NCBI GenBank assembly: GCA_963738405.1
Contig: CAVTWJ010000023.1
Coordinates: forward strand, 224,001-288,000
Reading direction: 5' to 3'
DNA length: 64,000 nucleotides
Origin: a candidate division FCPU426 bacterium
GTDB taxonomy: Bacteria > Oederibacteriota > Muellerivitia > Muellerivitales > Muellerivitaceae
Both the position numbers and the translations under genes were made by a program. How positions within the stretch are numbered: the stretch's first letter is position 1; each line of letters begins with the position of its first letter. This document shows, piece by piece, positions 24,001 to 34,453 of the stretch. The notes beneath the pieces are model-generated. The model searched no databases. It was given only the letters and a program-made list of their open reading frames with translations, and was not told the origin of the DNA.

Positions 24001-24770
24001 GTTTCCGGATTCGCAACATCTTGAGCTGCGGCTTTTCCAGAAAGCTTTTTCTCCGAGACTTCACAATTTTCCACTTCGAAGAAAATTTTCAGGATGTCCT
24101 CGTCAGAGGAAAAACCCCAAGCCCGAAGAAGGGTTGATGCAACAAATTTACGCTTTCGGTCAATGCGCGCGAAAAGAATACCATTGAGGTCAAATTCAAA
24201 TTCCAACCAGCTTCCATGGTATGGAATAACGCTGGTCATGTACATTTTCTTGCCGGAGCTGGATAACTTTCCGTCATCCTCATCGAAGGTTACGCCTGGA
24301 GAACGATGCAATTGGGAAACAATGACACGCTCAGCGCCATTGATCATAAAGGTTCCACGGTCAGTCATCATTGGAAGGTCGCAAAAGAAGACCTCCTGTT
24401 CACGAATGTCTTTCACCTTTTTGGTACCAGTTTCCAAATCCTCTTCTCGAATGACGAGGCGGAGGGTGACTTTCATCGGGACCGAATAAGTCATACCCCT
24501 TTCTTGACATTCCCGTACGTTGTACTTGGGTTCTAGAAGGGCAAAGGAAACAAATTCCAAGGATGAGACTTCATTAAAATCCCAAATTGGAAATACGCTG
24601 GAGAAAACCGATTGCAGGCCCACATCTTGTCGACTATCTACCGAACTATCCTTTTGAAGAAAAGCTTCATAGGATTTGCGCTGAAAATCAATCAAGTCCG
24701 GCATTTCCATAATGCCTGGAATGCGACTGAAATCGATGCGTTCGCGACGACCATATTTCATTTTTTTCAC
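21081..24770 (-). CDS. rpoB: RNA polymerase beta subunit
   Basis: [43 protein letters not shown]. Confidence 0.99.
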   Translation of the reverse strand: MKKMKYGRRERIDFSRIPGIMEMPDLIDFQRKSYEAFLQKDSSVDSRQDVGLQSVFSSVFPIWDFNEVSSLEFVSFALLEPKYNVRECQERGMTYSVPMKVTLRLVIREEDLETGTKKVKDIREQEVFFCDLPMMTDRGTFMINGAERVIVSQLHRSPGVTFDEDDGKLSSSGKKMYMTSVIPYHGSWLEFEFDLNGILFARIDRKRKFVASTLLRAWGFSSDEDILKIFFEVENCEVSEKKLSGKAAAQDVANPETGEVVVEAGADFAPEVIAVLKKLNVKSVKAVPSNPGDVSILNTIRKDNTHSTETALVEVYKKMRPGDPPTLENAKNLMDNLFFNKRRYDLARVGRYKMNKKLGLKTPMDQRTISKEDLVSIIRYLFELCNGKGEKDDIDHLGNRRVRTAGELLENKLRLGFTRMERAVRERMSIVDMDMNPMPSQLISTKPITAAVKEFFGTSQLSQFMDQTNPLAELTHKRRLSALGPGGLNRERAGFEVRDVHHTHYGRVCPIETPEGPNIGLIASLSTYAQINEYGFVTTPLRKVESGKVSKKIEFLPADDADKYIIAQANTPLDDNNKFTGDIIAARSKDDFPLVTANDIHYMDVSPRQLFSVATSLIPFLEHDDANRALMGSNMQRQAVPLIRTEAPFVGTGMEYKAAYDSGVLVIAKRDGVVAGVSSDEIIIFADDEDSTGSVDIYKLTKYKRSNQDTCINQRPIVKKGEKVKKGDVVADGPSTDQGELALGRNLLVAFMPWRGFNFEDAIIVSEKLVREDYFTSVHVEEFELEARDTKLGKEEITRDIPNVGDEALKDLDEEGIVRIGAEVVPGDILVGKVTPKGETELTPEEKLLRAIFGEKAGDVRDASLRVPPGVEGKVIDVKVFKRKEKDEKIKGRDASLLKAIEKDSAHQVRQLEKETENRIESLKKQLDEKIQGLNKTEKAGLEEKFDEETKRLKEVLDSRVRDIEREKNNEIDKVKKGDELPPGVIKLVKVYIAKKRKLSVGDKMAGRHGNKGVVSKIVPVEDMPYLPNGRPVDIILNPLGVPSRMNVGQILETHLGWAAAEGGYHVSSPVFDGAREDEIRKALKEQSLPETGKITLFDGMSGEAFDQEVTVGYIYILKLAHLVDDKIHARSIGPYSLITQQPLGGKAQFGGQRFGEMEVWALEAYGAAYTLQELLTVKSDDVQGRTKVYESIVKGKNSPEPGVPESFNVLVKELQGLCLDVKLLKSSN

Positions 24771-24805
24771 TTAAAAGCCCTCCGGAGACAAAAGGGGATG
24801 AACCC

Positions 24806-24840
24806 AAAAAAGAAAAACGAGAAAGGGGGTTTCTCGTTTT
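24806..24840 (-). terminator. Terminator/attenuator-like hairpin in rpoB leader
   Basis: AAAACGAGAAA-CCCCC-UUUCUCGUUUU then UCUUUUUU. Confidence 0.55.
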
Positions 24841-24855
24841 GGGCAAAGAGGGGTG

Positions 24856-24885
24856 ATTATACAGAGGTGATTTTCAATTAGTCAA
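24856..24885 (-). promoter_or_regulatory. Putative sigma70 promoter for rpoB
   Basis: TTGACT-18 nt-TATAAT; -35 overlaps prmC stop codon. Confidence 0.65.
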
Positions 24886-25760
24886 CAAATTGTTGGACTT
24901 TCTAGACTTAATATCCTTGGTAGTCCTTGCAAATCAGGTAGAACCGATTTGTATCCAGGGAAGTCCGCAAAGGTCTTTTGTATATTTTCTGCGTTGTTGG
25001 AATGTATCTCTAATAGTGCTATTCCCCCTGGCAAAAGCCTTTTAAAAAGGGTCAAGCTTATTTCATGATAAGCTGTTAAACCATCTTCACCTGCAAAAAG
25101 GGCCTCTTTTGGCTCAAAAAGCCTTATTTCATCTTGTAACTCATTTTTCTCTTTTTCTGGAATGTAAGGGGGATTACTGACAATGACATGATATTGTTCT
25201 GGATCTTCGGGAGTCAAAGCATCAAACCAATTTCCTAAACGCCAATGATAGGACCCGTCCGGATCAATCGTAACGGCGTTATTAGCGGCTAAATCCAGGG
25301 CCTTTTGCGATTGATCCACTCCCCAAAATTCAGCCGAAAAAGCTTTCGAAATTGAAATAGCAATACACCCACTTCCAGTTCCAAGGTCTAATACTTTAGG
25401 GGATTTCCAGTTATTTTTTTTCAGTTGTTCCACGGCCCTTTCAACCAAGTGCTCGGTTTCCGGGCGCGGGATCAATACACCGGGCTTAACTTTAAAAGAA
25501 TGACCATAAAACTCCCTGCATCCCAAAATATACTGAAGGGGTTCACGGTTTGCCCTTCTTTTCATGAATTCCCGCAATCGATCCAGTTCATCCGCATTTA
25601 AGGGCCGATCAAATTGGAGATAAACCTTCAAGCGGTCAATACCGAGGGAACAAGCAATTAAGCATTCGGCATCTAAGCGGGCTGTTTTTATCCCTTTCTG
25701 GGTTAAATAAGGCACTGCCCATTGGAGGATTTTGAGCGGAGTCCAAATTCCCTGATTCAC
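24882..25760 (-). CDS. prmC: Release factor glutamine methyltransferase
   Basis: EPLQYILG, LIPRPETE, DLGTGSG, SNPPY; follows prfA. Confidence 0.96.
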   Translation of the reverse strand: MNQGIWTPLKILQWAVPYLTQKGIKTARLDAECLIACSLGIDRLKVYLQFDRPLNADELDRLREFMKRRANREPLQYILGCREFYGHSFKVKPGVLIPRPETEHLVERAVEQLKKNNWKSPKVLDLGTGSGCIAISISKAFSAEFWGVDQSQKALDLAANNAVTIDPDGSYHWRLGNWFDALTPEDPEQYHVIVSNPPYIPEKEKNELQDEIRLFEPKEALFAGEDGLTAYHEISLTLFKRLLPGGIALLEIHSNNAENIQKTFADFPGYKSVLPDLQGLPRILSLESPTIC

Positions 25761-25839
25761 GCCTCCCCTTTCCCAATCCTCGAAGAATTCTCGATGCTGA
25801 TTTGCTACTGTACGACAAAATCGGTTACATTTTTTTGTT

Positions 25840-26913
25840 TTACAAAACTTCTTTAAGTTTCTCTTCCTGGTCCGCCAGGGAAAGGGCTTCTATAAACTCT
25901 TCAATTTCCCCATCCATAACCCTGTCGAGCTTATAAAGGGTTAGTCCGATTCGGTGGTCTGTGACACGATTTTGGGGGAAATTGTAAGTTCTAATTTTCT
26001 CGCTTCGATCCCCGCTCCCCACCAAACTCTTGCGAGTAGCGGACACCTTGGCCCGTGATTCCTCCTCGGCCTTCTCTTGTAATCGAGCGGCCAGAACCTT
26101 CATGGCTTTAGCTTTATTCTTTAGTTGAGAACGCTCGTCTTGGCATTGCACCACCAACCCCGATGGGAGATGGGTGATCCGAACCGCCGAATAGGTTGTA
26201 TTGACACTTTGCCCGCCCGCACCAGAGGAACAAAAAGTGTCAATTTTTAGGTCCGCATCCTTGATCTGGACTTCCACCTCATCCACTTCAGGCAAAACCG
26301 CGACCGTTGCCGCTGACGTATGGATTCGCCCGGATGCTTCGGTACGCGGCACACGCTGAACCCGATGGGTCCCGCTTTCATATCGCAACTTTCCAAAAGC
26401 ACCCTTTCCAAGGACATTAAAGACGATTTCCTTGAACCCGCCAATTTCCGTAGGCGTCGTGGAGATCAGTTCCATTTTAAACCCCGATCTTTCCAAATAT
26501 CGGGTATACATACGCAAAAGATCAGAGGCAAATAATGCCGCTTCTTCACCCCCAGTTCCAGCGCGGATCTCAAGAAAAACGTTTCGGCCTTGATGTGGGT
26601 CCTTGGGAATCAGAAGAAGACGAATTTCCTTTTCCAAGACTCGAAGTCTTTCTTCCAATTTAGGTCCTTCCGAGGCGGCCAGATTCCTCATCTCCGGGTC
26701 CCCGTCGTTCAAAAGTGTTTTAACTTCGGCTCTTTCCTTTTGGCATTGAAAATATTCACCTGCCTTGATTGCCAACGATTCTAAATCCGAACGTTCTTTC
26801 GTGAGTTTTTGTAGTTCCGCCGACCCAGAAAGGGTATCTGGACGCATGAGTCGCTCAGAAAGCTCTTGAAAGCGTTTTTGGGCAAGGAGAATTTTGGCCT
26901 CTATCATGATCAA
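25840..26913 (-). CDS. prfA: Peptide chain release factor 1
   Basis: [17 protein letters not shown] anticodon-mimic, [15 protein letters not shown]. Confidence 0.98.
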   Translation of the reverse strand: MIMIEAKILLAQKRFQELSERLMRPDTLSGSAELQKLTKERSDLESLAIKAGEYFQCQKERAEVKTLLNDGDPEMRNLAASEGPKLEERLRVLEKEIRLLLIPKDPHQGRNVFLEIRAGTGGEEAALFASDLLRMYTRYLERSGFKMELISTTPTEIGGFKEIVFNVLGKGAFGKLRYESGTHRVQRVPRTEASGRIHTSAATVAVLPEVDEVEVQIKDADLKIDTFCSSGAGGQSVNTTYSAVRITHLPSGLVVQCQDERSQLKNKAKAMKVLAARLQEKAEEESRAKVSATRKSLVGSGDRSEKIRTYNFPQNRVTDHRIGLTLYKLDRVMDGEIEEFIEALSLADQEEKLKEVL

Positions 26914-26937
26914 CCCGTTTACTCAGTATGGAGTCGT

Positions 26938-26973
26938 AAAAAAAGAAAACGCCCTTGGACAATCCAAGGGCGT
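26938..26973 (-). terminator. Intrinsic terminator after rpmE
   Basis: Perfect 11-bp stem ACGCCCTTGGA/TCCAAGGGCGT then U-tract on minus strand. Confidence 0.8.
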
Positions 26974-26993
26974 AAAAAGATAAGGCTTAAAAG

Positions 26994-27311
26994 CTAATTG
27001 GCAGATTTATCGACTGGGGGCGGAACGGCTGCTCGTTTTGCCTTCTTTGCTGCCGCGGCAACCGCTTTGGCTTCCAATCGGGCTTGGTTTTCAGCCTGGG
27101 CCGTTGCGGCTGTCGCTGATTTCTTTTGAAACTTCTCAACCCGGCCAGCCATGTCCAAAAGCTTAATTTTGCCAGTAAAGAAAGGATGGCATGCGGAGCA
27201 AACCTCTACCGAGTACCCTTCTCCTTTGGTCGAGGCTGTTTCAATCACATTCCCGCAGGCGCATGTAACGCGGGTTTTAACATATTTAGGATGGATTCCG
27301 GTCTTCATCAC
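26994..27311 (-). CDS. rpmE: 50S ribosomal protein L31 (Zn type) with Ala/Lys-rich C-terminal tail
   Basis: [29 protein letters not shown]. Confidence 0.96.
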   Translation of the reverse strand: MMKTGIHPKYVKTRVTCACGNVIETASTKGEGYSVEVCSACHPFFTGKIKLLDMAGRVEKFQKKSATAATAQAENQARLEAKAVAAAAKKAKRAAVPPPVDKSAN

Positions 27312-27458
27312 AACTCTCCATTTAATCGTCTTTACCTATACCCGAAGGATATCCTCGGTTCAGGGTGGGTTAGTTTAGGCGAAAATTGCAAAAAATCAAT
27401 ATTTATACTTTTATCAATAGGAAAGAAGGCCCCAAATAGCAACCTGCGCCCAAATAAA

Positions 27459-28409
27459 CTACTGAACCAAATAGATCAAGGGGTTTTGTGGCTTACCATT
27501 GACTCGAATCTCGAAATGAAGATGCGGTCCCGTCACTTTGCCTGATTCCCCGACTTTGCCGATTAAATCGCCCCTTTTAACCCAACTTCCCATCTTTACT
27601 AAAATTTTGTCCAAATGGGCGTAATAAGACGTGATCCCCTGACTATGGTCTAAAATAATCAAGCGTCCATAACCGGCATCCAATCCCGCGAAAATCACTT
27701 TACCATCTTGCGAAGCAACCACTCGAGCTCCCAAACCGGGGGCCAAATCAAGCCCGGAATGAAAAACCACCTTATGGGTGATGGGATGAACCCTGTTTCC
27801 AAAACCGTCCGCAAAACGCCCGGTCGTGGGTTTTAAAAAACCTCTTTTTAACTGCAAGGACATTAACGTCAGCCACCGGGGATCTTTGGCGGAAAGATAG
27901 GGTGCCCCTGGAAGCAAAAGAACCTCGCCGGTCTGCACGTCCCCGTCCCCCCTTTTACGATTGGCCCGAAGAACCCCCTTCAAGGAAACACCGTAGGTTC
28001 GCGCGATATCCGAAAGACTTTGGCCCAATAAAACAACATGGAAAATTCCATCTTGCGAGGGAATCAGCAAATCGTTACCAGAAGGAGGCGGGCTGTTGTC
28101 ATTGACCTGGTTGAGACTGCGAAGGGCTGTTTCAGAAATACCAAATCTGGAAGCGATGGATCGAAAGGTATCGCCAGCTACAGGGTGATAAAAAGAAAAA
28201 TTAAGTCCTGGAACACTGGTAGGGGGCGGGGCTTGGGCAAATACCGTTTCGGGAGCATTGCCGGCGGGGGATAATATCAGGTCCTTGAACCTGGGGTTCT
28301 CATCATAAGCCAACCCAAATAACATCCCCATCCACAAGGAAAGAAGGACCGCCGCAATAATAGCAAATACGGTTACGTCGCTCAGTCCCTTTCGCCGGGG
28401 AGAATCCAT
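27459..28409 (-). CDS. Membrane-anchored LysM x2 + M23 metallopeptidase
   Basis: N-terminal TM; GDT..SIA.RFG and GQSLSDIA LysM repeats; HSGLD, YAHL, TGPHLHFE. Confidence 0.92.
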   Translation of the reverse strand: MDSPRRKGLSDVTVFAIIAAVLLSLWMGMLFGLAYDENPRFKDLILSPAGNAPETVFAQAPPPTSVPGLNFSFYHPVAGDTFRSIASRFGISETALRSLNQVNDNSPPPSGNDLLIPSQDGIFHVVLLGQSLSDIARTYGVSLKGVLRANRKRGDGDVQTGEVLLLPGAPYLSAKDPRWLTLMSLQLKRGFLKPTTGRFADGFGNRVHPITHKVVFHSGLDLAPGLGARVVASQDGKVIFAGLDAGYGRLIILDHSQGITSYYAHLDKILVKMGSWVKRGDLIGKVGESGKVTGPHLHFEIRVNGKPQNPLIYLVQ

Positions 28410-28412
28410 GCT

Positions 28413-29672
28413 CTAATCGTTAAGGGTTCCCTTCATAGATTCCAGGAAAGCCTTATTGGTCTTGGCTCGACGCATCTTGTCCAGCAAAAACTCCATTGCT
28501 TCGACCGGGTTATTAGGGTTTAGAATTTTCCGAAGAATCCAAACCTTGTTCAATTCCTCTTCCGTCATCAGGAGTTCCTCTCGACGGGTCCCGGAACGGG
28601 TAATGTCGAAGGCGGGAAAGACACGGCGATCGGCCAATTTTCGGTCTAGGATAATTTCCATATTTCCCGTTCCCTTGAATTCTTCGAAAATGACTTCATC
28701 CATACGGCTTCCAGTGTCAATGAGAGCAGTTGCGATGATCGTTAAGCTTCCACCTTCCTCCAAATCTCGAGCCGCTCCAAAAAACCGCTTGGGACGTTGC
28801 AACGCGTTTGAATCCACCCCGCCCGAGAGGACTTTTCCCGATGATGGAACAATGGTGTTGTAGGCGCGGCCTAAGCGGGTGATGGAATCGAGCAGGATTA
28901 CTACGTCTCTCTTATGCTCCACCAGCCGTTTAGCCTTTTCAATGATGATCTCCGCGACGGTCACATGGCGTTCCGGTGGTTCATCGAATGTGGAGGATAC
29001 CACCTCGCCCTTAACCGAACGCTGCATATCGGTAACTTCTTCGGGCCGTTCGTCAATTAAAAGGACAATCAGGTAAACCTCGGGATGGTTTTTGGTGATA
29101 CTGTTGGCGATCTTTTGCAGGAGAATGGTTTTTCCAGTCCGGGGCGGGGCTACCACCAAGCCGCGTTGTCCCTTACCTAAAGGGATCAACAGATCCATGA
29201 CGCGGGTCGAAAGATCATCGGGGGTAGTTTCAAGCCAAATCCGTTTATTGGGATAAACCGGGGTCATATTGTCAAAAAGAACCTTCTGCTTGACGGCTTC
29301 GGGAGGGTCAAAATTAATCGTATCGACTTTTAAAAGAGCAAAATATCGTTCCCCTTCCTTAGGCGGGCGGACCTGCCCCGTAACCGTGTCGCCTGTGCGA
29401 AGGTTGAAACGCCTGATTTGAGAGGGCGATACGTAAATATCATCGGGACCAGGCAAATAATTGTAATTGGCGGACCGAAGAAATCCGAAACCATCAGGTA
29501 ATATTTCCAATACTCCTTCGGCGTTAATAACGCCGTTGCGTTGAGTCTGGGTCTCAAGGAGCTTGAAGATCAAATCTTGTTTCTTCATGGCGCTGATTCC
29601 CTCAAGGTTCAGCTCACCCGCCATTTCAGTCAGCTCAGCGATTGTCTTTTTCTTCAAGTCTGCGATATCCAT
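28413..29672 (-). CDS. rho: Transcription termination factor Rho
   Basis: [42 protein letters not shown]. Confidence 0.99.
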   Translation of the reverse strand: MDIADLKKKTIAELTEMAGELNLEGISAMKKQDLIFKLLETQTQRNGVINAEGVLEILPDGFGFLRSANYNYLPGPDDIYVSPSQIRRFNLRTGDTVTGQVRPPKEGERYFALLKVDTINFDPPEAVKQKVLFDNMTPVYPNKRIWLETTPDDLSTRVMDLLIPLGKGQRGLVVAPPRTGKTILLQKIANSITKNHPEVYLIVLLIDERPEEVTDMQRSVKGEVVSSTFDEPPERHVTVAEIIIEKAKRLVEHKRDVVILLDSITRLGRAYNTIVPSSGKVLSGGVDSNALQRPKRFFGAARDLEEGGSLTIIATALIDTGSRMDEVIFEEFKGTGNMEIILDRKLADRRVFPAFDITRSGTRREELLMTEEELNKVWILRKILNPNNPVEAMEFLLDKMRRAKTNKAFLESMKGTLND

Positions 29673-29920
29673 AAAAACGTCTTTCCTTTCAAATCAAATT
29701 CGGATGATTCCAGTTTCGGAAGCCCTTTCAAAAAACTGGTACTGGTATTAAAAATATTCCTTTAGTTGTGGGTTTAGCCTTAGCCTAAGAAACAAGGGGA
29801 TTTTAAAGGGTTGAAAAGAATCGGATTAACCACTCGTTCAAGATTTAATATTCGGGTTTGGGAAGCGAACCGCCGGGAGTTCTTCAAAAGGCTGAAACGG
29901 CATTTCTGTGAAGACAAGGC

Positions 29921-29950
29921 ATCCTATTCCAATTTCTTTAAAAGTGTCAA
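29921..29950 (-). promoter_or_regulatory. Putative sigma70 promoter for rho
   Basis: TTGACA-18 nt-TAGGAT ~250 nt upstream of the start codon. Confidence 0.55.
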
Positions 29951-29969
29951 TCTTTTTTATCCATAAAAT

Positions 29970-31364
29970 TTACAAGGGGAAAGCAACCACTTGGTTCCGT
30001 CCGCGACCCTTAGCCGCATAGAGGGCCTTGTCCGCTTTCGCAATCAAATCAAGCATAGAGGATGAATCCTGCGGAAAGGTCGCCACACCCACCGAAACCG
30101 TAACTTGCGTTGAATCCTTTCCTACAAGGAAGACGTGGCTTTCCACCGCCCGGCGTAATTTCTCCGCAAGTTCCATGGCCTGGCCCTTGGATGTTTCCGC
30201 CGCGACCAACACCATCTCTTCCCCGCCGTAGCGGGCCGCCAAATGGGTTATTTCAGATTGTTCCCTTAAAATTTTAGCCACATCCATCAAAACGTGGTCT
30301 CCCGCCACATGTCCGTAATGGTCGTTGTAATGCTTGAAATGATCGATGTCGAGTATCAAAAGACTCAACTCAGAAGAATAACGAGTGGCTAGGACGATTT
30401 CCTCCTCTAGGCGAAGTTTGAAATATCTGTGGGAAAAAAGCTTTGTCAATCCATCGGTAATCGAGAGTTTTTGAACCTTCTCATAAAGAAGAGACTTCTG
30501 AAGCCCAATGGAAATTTGATTGCAAAAGACCTGCAAGTTAGAAAATTTTTCCTCGTCCAAAAAATCCTCTTTGTTCGAGAAGGAACATAGAAAACCGATC
30601 ACACGTTCTTGAACCAAAAAAGGCAGGAACATAAAGGACCGAATGGGAAGATGTTTCCACTTCGAAAATTGGGGATCCGACGCCAACGATTTGACCCAAC
30701 GGGGTTTGGATTCCTTAGCTAATCTAGCTCCCAACTGACTGGAATCCGGTTCGATCTCCAGCGTCTTGAGAAAGGCCTCATCACATCCCGAGGCGATACG
30801 AATCTCAAAACTACGCCCATCGTTTGATAAAGCCCCAAGGATAAAATGAGGAAGATCGAACATACGCTCAGTAAAATCTTTTGCCAACTCGATCATTTCC
30901 TGAACATTTAAAGTGCTTCCGGCTTCTTTAATGACGTCATAAAGATGCTCAACTTGGCGAAGTCGTTTTTCGATGAGAGAATTCTGTTGTCTCAACCTAT
31001 CAGCTTCAAGCTTCTTGATATCCAACTCTTTTTTCAGCCGTTCATATTCCTCATCAAATCTTTGCTTGGCGCGGTCTTGGTAAGCCTGAATAAAATCAGG
31101 CGTCAACAGAAGAAAAAAAACCGCCAGCAACTCGGGAAAAACTAAATTAGAAGCAAGGCCCCCGGCCACCACCTTGATAACCGCAGTACCTAGGGCATAA
31201 ACCAAAAAAAACCAACGTGCTCCGTTGGGAAATTGAAGCCGTCCCGGAACGATAAAAAGGATCGGAGAAGCTATAGCATAGGGACCCAAAGTCGGCAAAC
31301 AGCATAATCCCAAAACAATAATTCCAAGCAATATGCCGCATACCATTTCAACCCTGTCGGTCAT
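29970..31364 (-). CDS. Membrane GAF-GGDEF diguanylate cyclase (no RxxD I-site)
   Basis: N-terminal TMs, coiled coil, GAF-like region, TDGLT, DIDHFK, RYGGEEM, ADKALY. Confidence 0.92.
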   Translation of the reverse strand: MTDRVEMVCGILLGIIVLGLCCLPTLGPYAIASPILFIVPGRLQFPNGARWFFLVYALGTAVIKVVAGGLASNLVFPELLAVFFLLLTPDFIQAYQDRAKQRFDEEYERLKKELDIKKLEADRLRQQNSLIEKRLRQVEHLYDVIKEAGSTLNVQEMIELAKDFTERMFDLPHFILGALSNDGRSFEIRIASGCDEAFLKTLEIEPDSSQLGARLAKESKPRWVKSLASDPQFSKWKHLPIRSFMFLPFLVQERVIGFLCSFSNKEDFLDEEKFSNLQVFCNQISIGLQKSLLYEKVQKLSITDGLTKLFSHRYFKLRLEEEIVLATRYSSELSLLILDIDHFKHYNDHYGHVAGDHVLMDVAKILREQSEITHLAARYGGEEMVLVAAETSKGQAMELAEKLRRAVESHVFLVGKDSTQVTVSVGVATFPQDSSSMLDLIAKADKALYAAKGRGRNQVVAFPL

Positions 31365-32833
31365 GAAAGACTCCCAGTTCTCGCTAAACGAACACAGTTT
31401 TTGCCCTCACCCTTAGCGCGATAAAGCGCCTGGTCTGCGGCATCAATGAATTTTTCCACTTCTCTATATTCGATAGCGAGTTCGGCTACCCCAATCGAAA
31501 CAGTTACATGGGTTGTTTCTTGGGACGCGATAATTTCTTGTTCTTCAACTTTTTGGCGTATTCTTTCAGCCACCGTTTGAGCGCCTAGCCATGGAGTTTT
31601 TAGAAGAAGCACAGAAAATTCCTCACCCCCGTACCTTGCGACCAAATCGACAGTTCGAACAGATTCTTTTAATACCTGCGCCACCACCTTTAAAACCCTA
31701 TCCCCTACCAGGTGACCGTAACGGTCGTTATAGGTTTTGAAATTATCAACGTCGATCATGAGCAGACTTAATGGAAGCTTGTGCTCTTGGGCTCGAAACA
31801 CCTCGTCTCGAAGCCTTTCCTTGTAATATCGTTGGACATAAAGGCCTGTAAGGCCATCAGTTATGGCTAATTCTATCGTCTGGCGGTAGAGGGCAACATG
31901 TTCCAGCGCAACAGTTCCTAGGTCGGCAAAATTGGAAAGAAGACGCGCATCTTCTTGCCTGAAAGCCCCGGGAAAACCTGATTCCATTCGGATCAATCCC
32001 AATATTTCAGCCCCCGCCATAAGAGGGGCGGAGACAAGGCTTTTCACTCCTGTTTGAGCTCCTAAGGTCTGAAACCTAAAGTCTTTCAGCGCATCGCCTA
32101 CCACCAAGGGCTTCGTTTGGCCCGCGACCCATGCGTTAAACGGTTCTTGCGGATTCAAACGCTCCCGATTCAAACGCACGTCCATTTCAGTGTCGGGGCT
32201 GTACCGTACAGCGTGGAGAGCTTTTCCAATACTGCTGTCGAATAAGAGGAGAGAATAAACCCCTCCAGGAACCAGAAACGTTTTCGAAATCGTTTCTATC
32301 AAAAGCGCCACTACGTCCTGCGTCTTAAAAGTCATGGCTAAACTTCGGGCAAGTTCATTCAGGGCGATATAGCGCTGGATTTTGATTTGGTTGGCTTGAT
32401 AGGCAGCCTTATCTTTTTCAAGGGACAACCTAATGTCATTGGCAGTTAATTCGGTTTCTTCCAGTGTGTTATTAAACGTAAACTCCCTGCGTTCTTTTTC
32501 TTCATTCCACCTTTGCCAAAAATAAAGGTTAGAGGCAAGGGAAACCAAAAATAATAAATAGGGAGTCCATGTGTAACCGGATAATAAAAAGTCAAACAAA
32601 CCCATCAGAACGGTCGCGCCGGATAGAAATAAGGTTAATGCCGAATTAAGAAATATCGTCGAAATGGCGATAGGAATGAAGAACAAAAATAGCGCCGAAC
32701 TTAAGTTTTGATCGTGAAGCGCCATCCAATAACAATAGGTCAGGGAAACAATAAACGTTACAAGAACCAATCCCCATTTTTTCATCATCGAATAGGACTG
32801 AATCATTTCAATTATTTTTTTCCGAAATATCAT
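31361..32833 (-). CDS. Membrane GAF-GGDEF diguanylate cyclase (RxxD I-site present)
   Basis: TMs, GAF, TDGLTGL, DVDNFK, RTVD..RYGGEEF, ADQALY. Confidence 0.93.
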   Translation of the reverse strand: MIFRKKIIEMIQSYSMMKKWGLVLVTFIVSLTYCYWMALHDQNLSSALFLFFIPIAISTIFLNSALTLFLSGATVLMGLFDFLLSGYTWTPYLLFLVSLASNLYFWQRWNEEKERREFTFNNTLEETELTANDIRLSLEKDKAAYQANQIKIQRYIALNELARSLAMTFKTQDVVALLIETISKTFLVPGGVYSLLLFDSSIGKALHAVRYSPDTEMDVRLNRERLNPQEPFNAWVAGQTKPLVVGDALKDFRFQTLGAQTGVKSLVSAPLMAGAEILGLIRMESGFPGAFRQEDARLLSNFADLGTVALEHVALYRQTIELAITDGLTGLYVQRYYKERLRDEVFRAQEHKLPLSLLMIDVDNFKTYNDRYGHLVGDRVLKVVAQVLKESVRTVDLVARYGGEEFSVLLLKTPWLGAQTVAERIRQKVEEQEIIASQETTHVTVSIGVAELAIEYREVEKFIDAADQALYRAKGEGKNCVRLARTGSLS

Positions 32834-33516
32834 AGTTTTCCGAAATACTTAATTTGCCGTGAATTTCCATTCACGTCCATTGTGGTCAGCCACACGCGCA
32901 ATGCTTTTTGGAGGCTTTCTAAGCTTCCATTATTTCGCACGACCCAGTCAGAAAACGCCTCTTTTCTTTTATTAGGCCATTGAAGTTTTTCTCGACGGCG
33001 TGCTTCCGAAATGGTCCAACCCCTTTTAGTCAAAAACCGATGCCGCCTTTTTGTTTTGGCTGATATGCACAATACGCCATCAAACGACCGATGGTACCCC
33101 CCCTCGAAAATAAGGGGAACTTCTACCACCATCAAAGGGGGCGGATTGGTTCTTTTCAATAGTTTTTTCACCCAAAGATTTACGCGCCTTCGAATTTCGG
33201 GATGAACTATGGCGTTTAAGCGTTTTTGCTGACGAGAATCACTAAAAACAATCGCACCCAATTTCACCCTATCCACTTCATTTCCCGCTCCCAGGATGTC
33301 CCTCCCGAAGCGGGATACTAGCCGATCACGGAACAGTTTTTCCTTCAAGAGCTTGTGGCCCAACTGATCTGTTTGCAATGTTGGGATTCCGTGAGATTCC
33401 AGAAATTGAAGTGCCTCGCTTTTCCCAGCCCCCAGTGAGCCGGTCAATCCAATGATTCGATGATTTTTAATTGGGGTTACTGGCACTTTAGCTATGGGTT
33501 TGCTGCTGAAAAGCAT
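32830..33516 (-). CDS. coaE: Dephospho-CoA kinase (start uncertain)
   Basis: IGLTGSLGAGKS, DR.KLG.IVF, IVHP, EVPLIFE. Confidence 0.92.
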   Translation of the reverse strand: MLFSSKPIAKVPVTPIKNHRIIGLTGSLGAGKSEALQFLESHGIPTLQTDQLGHKLLKEKLFRDRLVSRFGRDILGAGNEVDRVKLGAIVFSDSRQQKRLNAIVHPEIRRRVNLWVKKLLKRTNPPPLMVVEVPLIFEGGYHRSFDGVLCISAKTKRRHRFLTKRGWTISEARRREKLQWPNKRKEAFSDWVVRNNGSLESLQKALRVWLTTMDVNGNSRQIKYFGKL

Positions 33517-34339
33517 CGTAGGTGTTCTGCATCAACATAGCGATCGTCATCAACCCTACACCGCCCGGCACGGGTGAAATGGCGGATGCCACCCGAGAGA
33601 CCGAATCAAAGTCCACATCACCGCAAAGTTTTTCTCCCGGTGGACGGTTCGTTCCCACATCCACCACCACGGCGCCCGGCTTGACCATGTCCGCTGTGAT
33701 GAACCTCGGTTTTCCTATCGCCGCCACCAAAAGATCGGCACGGCGGGTTTCAGCCGCTAAATCACGGGTACGGCTATGGCACATTGTCACCGTGGCGTTT
33801 TCAGCCAAAAGCATCTGGGCCATGGGCTTTCCTACCATGTTGCTTCGGCCCACCACAACCGCAATGCACCCTTGAACTGAGATTTTATAGTACCGCAACA
33901 TCTCCATCACGCCATAGGGAGTACAGGATTTGGGCCCTGGCAAACCCGCGACCAAGCGACCTAAATTATCAGGATGGAGTCCATCCACATCCTTTTGAGG
34001 GTCAATGGCCAAAAGAATCTTATGGGAATCAATCGTTTTCGGGAGAGGCAGTTGCACCAGAAGGCCATGCAAAGCGGAATCTTCGTTAAAACGGCGAACC
34101 CAATCCAGGAGTTCCTCCTGGGTGGTTGTTGCGGGCAGCCGCTTCACAACCGAATGAAATCCAATTTCTTGACAGGATTTTTCCTTGTTGGCGACGTAAA
34201 TTTTTGAACCAGGATCCTCGCCTACCAAAACCACAGCCAACCCGGGCCGAGGTGCCCCAACCGGCAAAGCGGATACCAGGGCTTTTAACCGGTCCTTGAC
34301 CACCGCCGAAACGACTTTTCCGTCTAAAAGGGTCGCCAT
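33488..34339 (-). CDS. folD: Methylenetetrahydrofolate dehydrogenase/cyclohydrolase
   Basis: VQLPLP, KDVDG, GRSNMVGKP, PVPGGVG; start moved to ATG 34339 after AGGAGG. Confidence 0.97.
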   Translation of the reverse strand: MATLLDGKVVSAVVKDRLKALVSALPVGAPRPGLAVVLVGEDPGSKIYVANKEKSCQEIGFHSVVKRLPATTTQEELLDWVRRFNEDSALHGLLVQLPLPKTIDSHKILLAIDPQKDVDGLHPDNLGRLVAGLPGPKSCTPYGVMEMLRYYKISVQGCIAVVVGRSNMVGKPMAQMLLAENATVTMCHSRTRDLAAETRRADLLVAAIGKPRFITADMVKPGAVVVDVGTNRPPGEKLCGDVDFDSVSRVASAISPVPGGVGLMTIAMLMQNTYDAFQQQTHS

Positions 34340-34453
34340 TCCCGCCCTCCTTAGGACAAGAAAATTTTCAGGCATTTTAGCGTTGGTCTGAGCGGAATTC
34401 CACGGCTTTACCGTTACTCACCGTCCGCAGCCGGCCACATCAATTGTTCTGAT

